Shown here: positions 63,348 through 64,000 of the stretch, piece by piece | How the letters are laid out: every line of letters starts with the position of its first letter | How positions within the stretch are numbered: the first letter of the stretch is position 1 | UHGV virus genome: UHGV-0090252 | Direction: 5' to 3' (one strand) | From: a virus | Length of the DNA: 64,000 bases | Translations under genes and position numbers: made by a program | The notes under the pieces: model-generated | What the model was told of the DNA's origin: nothing | Database searches by the model: none | The model's input: only the letters and a program-made list of their open reading frames with translations

Positions 63348-63795
63348 ACTCTTTTCTCCATAGGTTTTGGTTATCAGAACCACGATATGGCTTAACTGTT
63401 GGTTTAGATGAATCATACTTACCATCAATCACCACGTCAACATATTTCATCACATCTAGGTGAATTTTTTCGTGTAGTTGAAAACCTGTCCAGAGCCATA
63501 TAGTCTTCTCTGGGTAAACAGTTTTAACACGTTTGCATATGTCGGTAACCTCTTGAATATTTCTATCATCCAGAGGTTCTCCACCAAGTATTGACAGCCC
63601 ACTGACAGCATCGTCACCCATTAACTGGATGATTCCGTATAGGTTTGCATAAGTGAACACTTTACCAGCATTAAACTTCCAAGACTCCCTGTTAAAACAG
63701 CCTTCACAGTGATGTTTACAGCCAGCTACGAAGAGGCTTACACGAACCCCTTCACCATTAGCTGTATCAAATGGTCGAATCTCCATGTAATTCAT
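63310..63795 (-). CDS. nrdG: anaerobic ribonucleotide reductase activating protein (radical SAM)
   Basis: 161 aa; cysteine cluster CKHHCEGC (Cx3Cx2C) near the N-terminus. Confidence 0.7.
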   Translation of the reverse strand: MNYMEIRPFDTANGEGVRVSLFVAGCKHHCEGCFNRESWKFNAGKVFTYANLYGIIQLMGDDAVSGLSILGGEPLDDRNIQEVTDICKRVKTVYPEKTIWLWTGFQLHEKIHLDVMKYVDVVIDGKYDSSKPTVKPYRGSDNQNLWRKEYGWQGDCQWRAE

Positions 63796-63804
63796 CTAGT
63801 TACC

Positions 63805-63993
63805 TCACCAATACATATAAGTGCTCTGAGCAGCTTTCTTTGGAGACTTGCTATCAATGTCAAAGTCTTCATCTAAGTAGGATGTCTTAGAAAGCTGCCT
63901 TATTTGTGTTCTTGTAAGACGTTTAGTAGCCTTCTTAATCTCTCTACAAGGCTGGCTTGTGAAGTCGTAAGAGCCACCTTTTCTAGACATCAT
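63805..63993 (-). CDS. hypothetical protein at window edge (may be truncated)
   Basis: 62-aa ORF ending 7 nt from the window end; true start may lie outside. Confidence 0.3.
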   Translation of the reverse strand: MMSRKGGSYDFTSQPCREIKKATKRLTRTQIRQLSKTSYLDEDFDIDSKSPKKAAQSTYMYW

Positions 63994-64000
63994 ATCAGAG

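Noticed and set aside
62970-63428. Full-length ORF 62970-63428 as annotated in the track
   Set aside because: It would overlap nrdG by 119 nt; internal starts at 63347 or 63272 have plausible RBS and give a compact arrangement. Start remains uncertain.

Overview
64-kb segment of a low-GC tailed phage, read by hand from the sequence and the ORF track; no searches were run. The gene repertoire resembles Felix O1-like virulent myoviruses (inference only). Layout: (1) 1-3.7 kb, small plus-strand genes ending in dihydrofolate reductase and thymidylate synthase, closed by a bidirectional terminator with an A17 tract. (2) 3.8-27.5 kb, minus-strand late structural module: two tail fibers with HxH arrays, baseplate, tape measure, tail chaperone pair with a -1 frameshift site, tube, sheath, connector proteins, major capsid, S49 protease/scaffold, portal, large terminase. 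(3) 27.7-32.6 kb, minus-strand array of about 26 tRNA genes interrupted by two CDSs and by structured non-tRNA spacers, next to a Ro60-like TROVE/vWA gene. (4) 34.8-42.7 kb, plus-strand block of small genes including an Ig-repeat protein coupled to a GH24 endolysin. (5) 42.8-44.3 kb, a 1.5-kb repeat-dense non-coding region between convergent terminators. (6) 44.4-49.7 kb, minus-strand array of 13 unrelated small genes, each preceded by a conserved hairpin-containing leader. (7) 50-64 kb, macro-domain protein, spanin pair, lytic transglycosylase, rIIB/rIIA, an adjacent NAMPT-family plus PRPP-synthetase-family pair (NARP1-like NAD+ reconstitution), HNH endonuclease and NrdG. No CRISPR array, integrase or rRNA was seen. 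The most interesting candidates are the Ro60-like gene with tRNA-like spacer RNAs, the leader-equipped small-gene array, the repeat-dense non-coding region and the NAD+ reconstitution pair. tRNA identities were folded by hand and need tRNAscan-SE confirmation.
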